A stretch of DNA of 64,000 bases. It comes from Felis catus. Its lineage: Eukaryota. Location of the stretch: positions 153,948,001 to 154,012,000 of the forward strand of contig NC_058368.1 in assembly GCF_018350175.1 (NCBI RefSeq), in the 5' to 3' direction. Within the stretch, counting starts at the first letter, position 1. Each line of letters opens with the position of its first letter. Under the pieces are notes generated by a model that was not told the origin of the DNA, did no database searches, and was given only the letters and a program-made list of their open reading frames with translations. Positions 1 to 11,739 of the stretch are shown here, piece after piece. A program made the translations under genes and the position numbers.

Positions 1-930
1 GACTTTTACATAGAACTGTTATGAACATTTGTGTACAAGTTTTATTTTTTGTGTGGTTGTATATTTTGATTCCTCTTGAATAAATAGAGGTGGAATTGCT
101 GGGTCATAAAATAGATATACATTTAAGTTTTAAAGAAATTGTCTAAGAGTACTCCCAAGTGGTTGTACAGGTTGGCTCTCCCACTTCCAATAGGGAGAAT
201 TGTATATTCTTTTGATACAGATATAAGAGCAGATTGAAAATATTCCATGATTTTCTATTGCAGTTGAGAAGTCAACTGTCCATTTTATTGTTTTCCTTCA
301 TTGGATTTTTATTTTATCTCTGGTTACATTTAATACCTTCTTTTTGTCTTTGATGGTCTGTAATTTCACCAAGATACAGATGTGATTATTTTCATACATA
401 ATGCTTGAGGTTCATTTGGCTTTCTTGGTCTCAGGTTAATGCTTTCTCATAGCCGGAAAAATTCTACAGCATCATCTCTGATAATTGCCTCATCTCTTTA
501 TTCTATTTTTTTTTCAAAAACTCCAAGTACTAGTATGTTAGATCATCTTTAATTGTGTTTAAAATTTTCCATTTATTGGTTTCTTTGAATGTTTATTTTG
601 CATAATTGTTTGGATCTGTGTTTCAATTCAGCAATTCTCATTTCACCAATGACTGTTATGCTCTTTAATATGTTCAGTTAGTTTTACACTTTAATTATAT
701 TTTACATTTTGTGTCATATTTTGTTCATTTTCAGTATGATTAGAGACCCTTAATGGACTCATTCCTTGCTTGTGTTTTTAAGCTGATCTTTTATTTCTTT
801 CTGTACATAACCATGTTTATTTCATATTTGATTGCTGATAATTTTAATATCTAAAGTCTTCAGGGGTGTTATTTTGCTTTTAGTCAATTCTCTTAGAAAG
901 CATTCATGGTGCCTTTTTTCCATGTGTGTT
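1..930 (-). mobile_element. Ancient LINE-1 (L1M-type) fragments
   Basis: T-rich decayed L1 antisense text, e.g. 'gttatgaacatttgtgtacaagttttt...ggaattgctgggtcat' (3' ORF2 region) and 'ttgagaagtcaactgtc...aaaattctacagcatcatctct' (ORF1-region-like). Boundaries approximate. Confidence 0.65.
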
Positions 931-967
931 TTGTGATTTTTTTCTTTTTTACTTTACTTTTCTGGTC

Positions 968-983
968 TTTCTTTTCTTTATTT

Positions 984-1062
<79 letters not shown>

Positions 1063-1093
1063 TTTCTTTCTTTCTTCTTTCTTTTTTCTTTTT

Positions 1094-1140
<47 letters not shown>
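968..1140. repeat. Compound (TTTC)n microsatellite
   Basis: Two long TTTC runs separated by a degenerate pyrimidine stretch. Explains the F/L/S-rich and K/E/R-rich ORFs at 906-1298. Confidence 0.97.
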
Positions 1141-3529
1141 ATTTTTGTAAATGTAAGCTGCTTATTTACCTTAAAATTTTTTGCATGCATATTCATTCTT
1201 GCTGGCTTAATTATATTCTTCCAAGAAGATTCATACTGGCTTCTGTTGATTTCCCCCTAACCAAACAACAGCCACTAAAAATTAAATTTTCCTCATGACG
1301 TTTTTCAGACAATAGTTACCACATGATAGTATGATTAGAACAAATACTTAAGTGGGTGATTTTGGGTTTTTTTGTTACCTTCACTTATTGCCAGGTTTGA
1401 GGCAGGCAGTTTTTCTTGTTCTTCTCTTCTCTGTCGCAACTTCATTTTGCTTCACCATTACAGTGTTGGTGTGTCTGCTCAGGTCTCATTTTATGATGAG
1501 GATGAAATCTTACTATTCCCTAGTATAACAGTTTCTAGGCTTTATATCCTGTTCCTCACCCAGTGCAGCCATTAGTGGGAAATTGAAGAAATCTGGATTT
1601 GTCAACATATGTTATGGAAAGATTTAGCTCACTAGGTTACTCTTTTCACTATTTTTTGCCCACTGTGAATTTTTTTATTACATTCTAATTTTTTTCCAAA
1701 ATTTTTATTACTCATTTCAGTAGATTATATCTGGTCGATTGTTCAGAGTATCTTGTCTGCCATTCTGTTAGGTCTGGGAATATGATGCTATTTTAAGTGA
1801 CTATTGAAACACTAGTGGAGGAGTCTAGATAGGACAATGAACTAGATACTTCTACAGATACAGAAGAAAGAGAAAGTTTGATTCCTCCCAGAGCCTTGGA
1901 GAAAAAGAATTAAATAAATATGCTTCAAAATTCAGATATATTCCATTTAGCACTATGTTTACATTGACAATCTATACTCATTTCAAAACATATTAAAAAG
2001 AATATAAAATACCAGTGTCTCCATGATGCTCTTAGCTATTTCTACCAAAAAAAATCAGAGACCCAAAGAGATTAATCCCAATTTAAGTTAAAATATTAAC
2101 CATAATGATCTCAAAGTTATACAGTGGCAATATTTTTTCAATCTAACTATCAATAACTCTAGAGACAAAACACAAGCAAAAACGTTTGCTAGGTAGAAGA
2201 TTAAAATACCACCTTTAAAAATTGTAAGCTGTTCAAGAGGTTAATTTGTTTAGAAATTATTAAAAAATGGCAATAATGTTTTTAATAATGAAGAATTGAT
2301 ACCAGATGGTAATAAAATTGATATATCTTAGTATAATAGAGAAATTAGCAAGGTAAAGAATAATTAACTTTTTAAAACCAGGACCATTTTGTATATGAAA
2401 TTTAACAGTCTTAACAGGTTTAATTTTTATTTGCAGATAGTTTTTAAAATTTTTGATTTGTATGGTTCTAGTTGATTTAGATAAAACCAATACCTATTAT
2501 AAAATCTGACAAAAATTTGGGAATATATTAAAAACTATATGGTATTAATTTAGGGATTTGGACAAGTAATGCCAACAGTCTCAGTCAATTGGCAATAGGA
2601 CATATTGCCTTCTAGAACATAAACCTTTTCTCTGAATATGTAAAGTACCTCTTAATTCTTTATTTTCTTGTAAAATAAAGGCACATAAAGACATTTTAAT
2701 TCTTTAAAAGTGCTAAAGTTTAATGTTCTTAAACTAAGTGGTAAGAGCCAGAGATTGGAGCCTGTTTCATATATAATTCATAAATCCATGTACATACTTG
2801 AGTATTTTTTTTGTTTATTTAAATACTCCTTCCCACTGAGAGTCAAGAACCTTGTTGTTTATTTTGGTATCGTTAGGTTCTACTTCAGTGTTTGGCAACT
2901 TCAGGTGCTCAACAAGATTACTAAATGAATAGCTTAAGAGACTGGAATTTTTGAGTGTCTGAAAGTTTATAAGGTACATATTTTCAAAGTTTTCACATGT
3001 ATGCATGCCTCCATATTTTATACATATGAACACCTTCAATTCTAAATGTCTCTGTGGAAATGGTATATACACAAACTTCACTCTTCTTTGTGGAAAGTGA
3101 AACCTTTAAATACTAAGAAAAGTATTTGTTCCAAATCACAATACTAATGTGGTCTAGCATAGACTCTAATTCAGATTTCCTGTTTCAGTTCAATGTGGGT
3201 TTTGAGAGATGAGGGAATAAACTCTCCATGTAAGAATAAAAAATCATAGACTTCAAACATGCATTCTCCCACTTTTTTCGGATTAAAGATGCTATGGGTC
3301 TTTGGCTAGTATCCAGAATACATGATGGGCATTTAAGGTTATCTATTTTAAATTGCTGTTAGAAGGAAACCTAGTTCTTTTTGAATTTATTTTGGTTATC
3401 TTTCCTTATCTAACACTATTCAAAGCTGAAAGTATTGCAGTGAGACTTAGCTATTCTATCTTTGTGAGCTCGTTCCGATTTTACTTTTGTCTGAATACAT
3501 CTATATAATATCATACCTTTATATAAGCT

Positions 3530-3720
3530 TTATATTTGAAAGCACTTCTATACCTATCATCTCATTTTATCTTTACAACAACCATCTATGCTGCATAGGG
3601 AGTTACTCCTATACCATTTACAGCTGGAAAAGATGACATTAAGAAAGGTCAAGTGGTTTGTTTAATATTGTGAAATTATTAGAGGAGCCACAGGACTAAA
3701 ACTAGATGTTTTCAATCATT
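3530..3720 (-). mobile_element. MIR fragment
   Basis: 'agcacttcta...atctcattttatctttacaacaacc...ccatttacagctggaaaag...aaggtcaagtggtttg' resembles the reverse-complemented MIR core. Confidence 0.6.
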
Positions 3721-4380
3721 GCCTAAGATTTTTCTCTTTAGATCATATTGCATGTCTTTTCATATCCATAGTGCAATCCATTCAATATACCAGCAAAAGA
3801 ATACAAAATATTTTATCAAATATTTGATTAATGACTAAATATTTTTTTGCGTTGACACAGTAATCATTTGATTTTAGCATGTTCTTGTTCATAACACTAA
3901 GTATGACACTTTTCTTCAAGTGCTATTTATTTAATGAATGTCCTTGGGGTTTCTGCTATATGCTGTGTATTCTCCTAAAAAGCATTTTTATCATGATAAT
4001 AAAAATCAATCAATGTTTTTTTTCTTATTTTAGCAAATTACTGCATCTTCATTCAGCTAAAAGGAAATATAATGTGCAAACTCAGAGTTAAAAATAAGTA
4101 ATTTAGATCCTCTAGTTTGTACTGTATTCTTGTTAAAATGGTTTGGAAATATATGGGAGTCACATGGTCCAAATCACTTTGAAATGTACCAAAAATTGTA
4201 TTCCATGGCCATAAAGCTGTATACATACAAAGTAATATTATAACAATAGAATAAAATAAGTCAATGCTTTGTTTATCTTTCATCACAGGAGTAAGGGATT
4301 CACATAAGTGACATTTCCAGATTACTGAATATCAGTTTTTAAAATACCACGTCCTAACAATTTAGAAGAAAATATTTTTT

Positions 4381-4622
4381 TGTTTATTTATTTATTTTTT
4401 TGGGAGGGAGAGAGAAAGAGAGGGAGAGAGAGAGAAAGAGAATGAGAGTGCATGAGCAGGGGAGGGGCAGAAAGAGAGAGTGGAAGAGAGAATCCAAAGC
4501 AGGGTTTGCACTGTCAGTGCAGAGTCTGACTTGGGGAGCTCAAAATCATGAACTGTGTGATCATGACCTGAGCCAAAATCACAATTTGGATGCTTAACCG
4601 ACTGAGCCATCGAGGTGCCCCC
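4381..4622 (-). mobile_element. CAN-SINE (SINEC, feline type)
   Basis: Reverse-complement tRNA-like head (actgagccat...gtgcccc), (GA)n tract and T-rich tail. TSD aga(a/t)gaaaatatttttt on both sides. Confidence 0.95.
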
Positions 4623-4899
4623 AGATGAAAATATTTTTTTGAATCTAATACAGAATTTCATTTCCTTCTTAACATTAAACTATATTTAAACATTTTTTAT
4701 GACTTCATCCTATCTTTATACTTGTATGTGTTTCAGCATACCATAGTGAGTAGCTCTAAGCCACTGTATACTTAATGGTTCTCTTGGTTTTATTTTCTCT
4801 TCTTTTTAAAATGTCTTATTATATCCAAATAACCTTGCTAACTGGTTTTAATTTAATTGCTGCACACTATAATTTAGAAAGAAATAATCCTTAAAAGGT

Positions 4900-5565
4900 A
4901 AACATACAGGCTGCTTTAGTTTAAAATCAGCTTACTTTTCACTGGAGACAAAATCATACAATGAAACAACTGAACATAAATATATGGAAAATTTTTAATC
5001 TCAATAATAAAAAATGCCTATTAAAACAATTTTAAATGCCTATTAAATTACTAGTTTTGTCCAATCAAATTGGTAATTTTTTATATTAATGCTCACATTT
5101 TGAATTGTGAAAAAAATCATCATTATTGTATATTATTGCAATTTAGCAATATGTATCAATAGCCATAAAATGGTACATAACTTTAATATATAAATTGTAC
5201 TTCTATATATTTACACTAAAACGTTTACATATCAGTAAGTGTATACATATATTATGTTGTATATTATTTCTGTGTGTTCCCTTTTAGAGGCAGATATAGG
5301 TAAATAGAGAGAGAGAGATGTATGTGTATTTATATAGAGAAAGCATGATAAGTTATTAAATGAAGAAAGCCAGTTTTAAGTATTTTGTTTTAATAAAACA
5401 TTTATGTTTTATGAATACGTAGAAATAGAAATTAGTCTAGAATGATCTCCAGATGGTCAATAACAGTTATCTCTGAGTGGTGAGAATATGGAGGAGTTTC
5501 ATTATTTTTTACACATCTATATAATAGTTTTGTCTTTAAAATCAGCACATATTAATTTTATAAAA
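4900..5565 (+). mobile_element. Ancient L1 (L1ME-like) 3' fragment
   Basis: 'gcaatttagcaatatgtatcaa...taacagttatctctgagtggtgagaatatggaggagtttcattatttttt' is typical of old L1ME 3' ends. Confidence 0.55.
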
Positions 5566-5689
5566 AATACTCATCTTGGTGGCATAGGAAGTAGGGAGAA
5601 TGGACAGGCAGTAGAACTAAGGCCCAATACTGTCTCAATGGCAGTGACAGCTTATGCTCTCTACTTGGGAATTTTGCCATCATTTTATT

Positions 5690-5875
5690 GAATAAGCACA
5701 TCTGTCTGCCAAGCACCATTATATGTGTTGCTTTGCTTAATCTTTATAATGCATTATTTTCTCATTTTACGGATTTGGAAGCTGAGACAGAGTAATTTAC
5801 CCAAGGTGCCATTTAGAAGTGGCAGACCTAAGGCTTGAAACCAGATCCGTCTAACTAAAAACTGTTTACTTTCCA
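5690..5875 (-). mobile_element. MIR fragment
   Basis: 'ctcattttacggatttggaagctgagacagagtaatttacccaagg...agaagtggcagacctaaggcttgaaaccagatc' is the MIR core in antisense. Confidence 0.7.
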
Positions 5876-6039
5876 CCCCGCAGTATTTTGACAGACTTTT
5901 GCTTAGAATTTATTTTCTTAGTTTTCTATTTTGGAATGTATTCTACAAATGTGACATTGCTGTTTATATATTATAGGTAGTAAGGGGGACTTACTATTAG
6001 ATTGCTATGATTTGAACCCCATTCCACTGTTTAAGAGTT

Positions 6040-6205
6040 TTCCTTATCTCACTTTTCTGTGTCTGCCTTCTGATCTGTAAAATAGGAGTGGTCATAGTAC
6101 CTATCACATAGTCTGTTGTATAGGTACTGATGTGAGATAATGCATGAAAAGCACATAATGCATAGCATAGTATCTGGTTACTATCATTAACGTTATTAGT
6201 ATTAT
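6040..6205 (+). mobile_element. MIR 3' half
   Basis: 'atctgtaaaataggagtggtcatagtacctatcacatag...tgagataatgcatgaaaagcac'. Confidence 0.7.
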
Positions 6206-6509
6206 ATTTAATAATAAATATTATTTCCTATTTGTGGAACAGTTGTATAAACCACCAATTAGAGCTTCATCATGTAATTTATTAAGTGGGACTAAAGATT
6301 CTTTCAAATTTAGGTATTTTTCTTTCTGGTCAGTAATAGCAGTAGATTTTTTATGTTACTTGAAGGAATTCAAATATATACAGATTCTACAATAAAATCC
6401 CAGTAGAAGATTGTTCAAGATTATAACTTTTGTCCTCTTCATCTGTGAAAGGTATTCAAATTTAATTTTATTAGAGGGCAATATCTGGCAAGTCCATAGA
6501 AATTACTAC

Positions 6510-7160
6510 TAGTTTTTCAATATTTCTTGTTGCTTGGCTATTATATGCAAGCACTGGCTTAAGTTTTGTGTGAGATAAAAAGGACATGTAAAAGTTAGTA
6601 TTTCACAAAGAAGCTACATAAACAAATGAAAAAATGGGCAGAAAATTACTATCATAAGGTAGGGACAGATAAACTGGACATTTAAAGGAAGAAGAGAGTT
6701 GGCATAGTTTGGATGAATTGGGAAATGAAATCTCGTCAGCATGTGAATCAGGTCTTGAGTGTGTAAGATTTAGAAATACAGAGAAGGGTCTATGCATGGG
6801 TGTATTCCAGACATTCCAGTCCTAGGGGATCATACAAGTAAAGCCCAAGATCTGAGAAGTGTGTACACATACTTGGAACTGAAAGCGGTTGTGTAACTTT
6901 GGCATACAAGGATTGTGAGAATTGCAAAGGCTATAGAAACATATTAGGCTGATAAAGAAAGTGATGGTCAAATCCAGAAGAGCCTTGGTACCTGGCCAAG
7001 GAATTAGAATTTTACTTTATTGTCATCAGGGTGTCACTGAAGTATTTCTACTATGAAATGATCTGATCAGAGTTGTACTTTAGGAAGATTAAGTCAACAG
7101 TAGCCCATTATGTGGATTACTAGGGAAGAATCCAGAGTTAAGAAAGTGAACTAGGGGAGT
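6510..7160 (-). mobile_element. LINE-2 fragments
   Basis: Purine-rich L2 antisense text, e.g. 'ggccaaggaattagaattttactttatt...cactgaagtatttc...atgatctgatcagagttgtactttaggaagatt'. Confidence 0.6.
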
Positions 7161-8561
7161 TGTGAGTGGTTCCTTCTGTAAAACTATATACCTTTGCCTT
7201 TAAAGGATCCATAGAACTAATTATATAAAACATTGACATAAGGAGGAATGTACCATGAGAGAGATCAAATACTTTGCTTTGAGAGCATTGTATGTGGGAA
7301 AAGTATGAATTAACAAAGAGCTAACAAAGAGTTACACCTGCCTTGTCTGGTGTTTGTCCTTTTTAAAATACAAGATGTCCTCTTTACTTGGGCTTTTAAT
7401 ATAATTGGGTTTGTCATATGCAAAGTTGGATATCAAAGCAAAAGTCATTATAACCTGAAAATTATTCACAAATAAACCAGTTATGAAATTAGTGTCCACT
7501 GAAGCATTTCCCCCAACAATTAACCCTAATGTCTACCTTGTATTTGTATAGTTTATTACCTTTCTAATTGTCAGATGTTATATGTTTGTAATGGGACTAT
7601 TGTCTTATTTTGATTGAGACATGCTTATAGAAATTGAAAGTAGATGATCAAAAATAACTAGATTACTTACACAAATCAAGAATATAAATGGGTCAGGTTA
7701 TAGGAAACTGTAAAGATTTTGAGGGGGATGACTTCTTTAGAAAGAGCATGGTTGGGATTCTCATCGTTCCAAACAAAGGCGTCTAGGTAGATGTGCTGGT
7801 TCTCACAATGGATTTTCAGTGGACTGCTAGGATGGCTTGAAATGTGTTCCGTGCTATACAAGGAGATGATAGATGAGATCTGACTCACATTGAAAAGAGA
7901 GCTAAAGGTCAAAAGTCTGGCAAAATCAGCCGAGGTCAAAAGAGGAGGCCACATGAGGACTTCTGCCACGGAGTGAGGGCAGTGCAGAAATTGAGGAGAA
8001 GTATTAAGACATGAGCAAAAGGACCACAATGATTGTGTCATGAGAGTTACAATTGGAGAAATCTAGCAAGAGCATTCCCTCAAACAGAGAAAAAAATGTT
8101 AGATTTAAGCATTTCCCTGGAACAAAGAGCTTGAAACTGTCTCATAATAAGAACAATCATTTGAGAAAGTTTTGCTTTCTCCAGCCCCCCTGCCTCTTTC
8201 CACATCTCTGTGAGCTTAACTTGCTTTAACCTTGATTGGAAATGGCAGGAACTCTAGTTAGTAGTAAAAATGATATAGACATATCATATAGATACCATAT
8301 AAGAAAAGAGGGAGAAAAAGAAACTTGCACACTGCACACTCAAGAGACAACAAAATTTTTCTTCTAACATGTCTAGAAGTTGGAAAGATTAACTTTAAAT
8401 CAAGTTGAAAGTTTTGATTATTATCGTGTGGGCATTTTAAATTATGGAGACTTAGTACCTAGGGTTATCAGTGAACTCATGGGGACTGCCTGAGTGTCTA
8501 TCTGGGAATGGGGACTGGGGGAGAAAGGTGTACACATCAACTGGATTTAAAAGGAAAGTGA

Positions 8562-8673
8562 GGGGCGTCTGGGTGGCTCAGTCGATTAAGCATCCAGCTC
8601 TTGATTTCTCACGTCATGATCCTCTGATTGGGCCTTGTGCTGCGATCTTTGCTGACTGTGGAGGCTGTTTAAG

Positions 8674-8719
<46 letters not shown>

Positions 8720-8784
8720 CCTCTCTCCCCCTCCCCTTCTGCCCTTCTCCCCCACTCATGCTCTGTCTCTATAATAAAAAAAAA
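8562..8784 (+). mobile_element. CAN-SINE
   Basis: 'ggggcgtctgggtggctcagtcgattaag' A-box head, (CT)n tract and A tail. Degenerate TSD ending aaagtga. Confidence 0.93.
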
Positions 8785-8860
8785 TCAAAGTGAGAACATG
8801 ATAATGTTACTTTAATTATTTCACTACAGGAGTCCTCTTTGTTTAACTTAATGATATGGT

Positions 8861-9094
8861 GGGGCCCCTGGGTGGCTCAGTCGGTTAAGTGTCTGACTTT
8901 GGCTCTGGTCATGATTTCAGTTTGAATGTTCGAGCCCCCCGTCGAGCTCTGTGCTGACAGGGCTCTGTGTTGACAGCTTGGAGCCTGGAGCCTAGAGCCT
9001 GCTTTGGATTCTGTGACTCGCTCTCTCTTTTCCTGTCCCCTGCCCACACTCTGTCTGTCTCTCTCTCACACACAAATAAACAAACATTAAAAAA
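8861..9094 (+). mobile_element. CAN-SINE (SINEC_Fc-like) with small internal tandem duplications
   Basis: Canonical head and tail. TSD tttaacttaatgatatg at 8842-8858 and 9098-9114. Contains duplicated 'gctctgtg(c/t)tgacag' and triplicated 'gagcct'. Confidence 0.95.
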
Positions 9095-9414
9095 TTTTTT
9101 AACTTAATGATATGATGTGCCAAAAAAAAGTGAAATTGCAAGTTATGCAAATGATGAAGATTTAAATAAAGTCAATGGAACTGATAATGGGATTTGATTA
9201 ACAAATGAAAAGTTAAGTAGCTCACATACATCCTTCTAAAAGAAAAATAATATTAAACCCACCTCAATAGCTGCTATAATCTCACCCTCCAAATAGAATT
9301 ACATATATCAAAACTTTTGGTTAAATAAATATCCACAACTTTTATATATTTTTCCATATAAGTATCTTTCACAGTTAAGTCAAACAGTGCATCATCATTA
9401 TATTTCCTTTCTTA

Positions 9415-9621
9415 TTTATTTATTTTTTATGTTTATGTATTTGATAGAGAGAGGGAGAGTGCATGCCAGAGTGGTGGGGGGTAGGGTGGAAAGAGAAACC
9501 CAAGTAGGCTCTGCACTGATGGTGCTCTGCCCAAAGAGGCTCCATCCCACCAACTGTGAGATTGCGACCTGAGTGGAAACTAAGAGCCAGTGCCCAACAG
9601 ACTGAGCCACCCAAGCACCCC
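9415..9621 (-). mobile_element. CAN-SINE
   Basis: Antisense SINE with a perfect 16-bp TSD tatatttcctttctta (9399-9414 and 9622-9637). Confidence 0.95.
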
Positions 9622-9994
9622 TATATTTCCTTTCTTATAAGATCCTTTATGAACCCCTTTTTTCTTAGAAGTAACCAATTTTTAAAAATTTTAAATTGCC
9701 TTTTAAACATGTATTTATCACTAACACTATTCAAAGTTTCCAACAGGACTGTAAAAGCTTTACTAGTATGGTTAAGCTTATTAGGTGTTTCCCTCAGTAT
9801 TTTTAAATTGGGTAAATGCCTTACCAAATCTTTCATCTTTCTGCTCTAAGACGAACTCTTTGCCTTTAAGCCTGCTTCATATCTGTCATTCTGGGTTTTT
9901 ACCTAAGCATTATGTTGGCAAAACTCTCAGCCTCTATAATGTATTAGGCCCCTAGTTTTGTCTAGCCTATCCTACATTTTCTTCTCTTTCTTTC

Positions 9995-10028
9995 TTTCTT
10001 TTCTTAAAAAATAATCAGTTTGTTTATT

Positions 10029-10074
<46 letters not shown>

Positions 10075-10248
10075 CACATGAGCAGGGGAGAGGGAGAGTA
10101 AGGTGGGGGAGAGAGAATCCCAAGCAGGCTTTACAGTGTCAGTGCAGAGCCCCTTGTGGGGCTCGAATTCATAAACCTTGGGACCATGACCTGAACCGAA
10201 ATCAAGAGGAAGACAACACTTAAATGGCTGAGCCACCCAGTCGTCTCC
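9995..10248 (-). mobile_element. CAN-SINE with long (GA)n
   Basis: 'gagagagaatcccaagcaggct...ggggctcgaattc...ctgagccacccag' antisense SINE body. Confidence 0.93.
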
Positions 10249-10259
10249 ATTTTCCTCTT

Positions 10260-11100
10260 TCTGAGTTTACTTTCTATTTTCATAGAGTACATTCTCCAAT
10301 AGTTTTCTACAAAGTGTAAACGGGAAATTTTTAAAAAGTGAGAAAAAAATCAAGACTGCATATCAGAGTATTTCTTTATTTTCAGAGCTGATTGAACTTT
10401 GTTTTCATATAGAGAATTCTAGGTTGGAAATGATTTCTTCCAAATTGCTGAAGACATTTCTTATTTTTTCATGTTTTCAGTGTCAGTCTTGAGACATCTA
10501 AAGGTCATCCAGTTTTCATTAGTGTTAAAGTAATTTTTTTCTTTCTGAAAAATTTTTATAATCTTATCCCTAGTGTTCTGAAATATAATCAAAATATTTC
10601 TTATGTTCATCTTTTTAATTAATTTGTTGCCCTGGGAAACTGGTCTTCGTTCTGGAAACTTATGTCCTTTAGTATGGATTTTCTTTTTAATATTATTTCT
10701 CTGATAATTTCCTCCTTCCATTTTGCTGTACTCTTTGTTTCTCTTCTGTTTATGAGTCAAATGTTGGACCTTGTAGATATATCTCATTTAAAAAAAATTT
10801 TTTTCCTGCTTTTTCCTTGTGAGCTTTTGTTAAAATTTTATTTCTGTAATATTTTTCATTCCAAGGGCTCTTTCTTGGAAAGGAAATTCCTTTTTATAGA
10901 ATATTGTTCTGAGTTCATGGTTGCAATATTTTTCCTTAACTGTATAAAATATTTATATATTGTTTAAAATTTTTATTTGTATTATCCATTTTCTTTGAGT
11001 TCCATTTTTTTTGTTTGTAAGTATGATCTTTATCTTTCAAGTTAGAAACTTCTCAAGTATTTTGATATTAACTATTGAGACCTTCTTTAAATCTATGTGA
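10260..11100 (-). mobile_element. Ancient L1/HAL1-like fragment (ORF1 region)
   Basis: 'tatagagaattctaggttggaaatgattt...ttatccctagtgttctgaaat' decayed ORF1-type antisense text. The K/N-rich ORF at 10461-10787 is consistent with this. Confidence 0.5.
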
Positions 11101-11739
11101 TAGTGAGGCTCTTAAGGAAGTTCTGTGCATGAATTTTTGTTTCTGGCCTTCACTATTGAGTGTTGGATTGGAATCAAGATGTTTGGTAAGATTCTCTTCC
11201 AATAAATGGCCTTTCAATTTGTTTACATTGCTAATTTTTTCCATACTGTTCAGTACTGTGAGAAGTGAGAAGTGAAAAACTTTGTTGCTAGAGATGTGGG
11301 TGCCCTGGACCATAGTGAGGGGAGAGATGAATCTGAGGCTCTTATGTTCCAGCCTGTAGAGCTTTCTTAATCCCTTCATTTCCAAAGACAGTATCTCACA
11401 CTCCTGTTCTTTGCTATCCCTGGCATCTTCAAATCTTCAGCAATTTGGTGTAGTCTTTCCAAAGTGTATACTCTGGCCTTCTTCTTCTTCTTCTTCTCAT
11501 TTTTTAAAATCTATATTTCAAAAATAGCTGGTATCTCCAAATTCTGAGCCTCTCTCAGTGCATAATCGGTTCACTTCTTCTAGATACCCTTGCTCAGATT
11601 TTGCTTTTTCCTCTTGGCTGAGTTAACCATCTGCTTTCCATCTGCCCAAGTTTAACATCTTTTATATCTTCTGTCACTTCCTTCACTGTTTTCTTAGCCT
11701 ATGGTTCTATATTATTTTATTCCTTTATTGTCACAGACA

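Noticed and set aside
906..1298. 130-aa hydrophobic ORF and overlapping K/E/R-rich ORFs
   Set aside because: They are translations of the (TTTC)n microsatellite.
4053..4286. 77-aa minus-strand ORF as a membrane-protein exon
   Set aside because: No recognisable homology and no convincing donor site. Hydrophobicity is explained by AT-rich codons.
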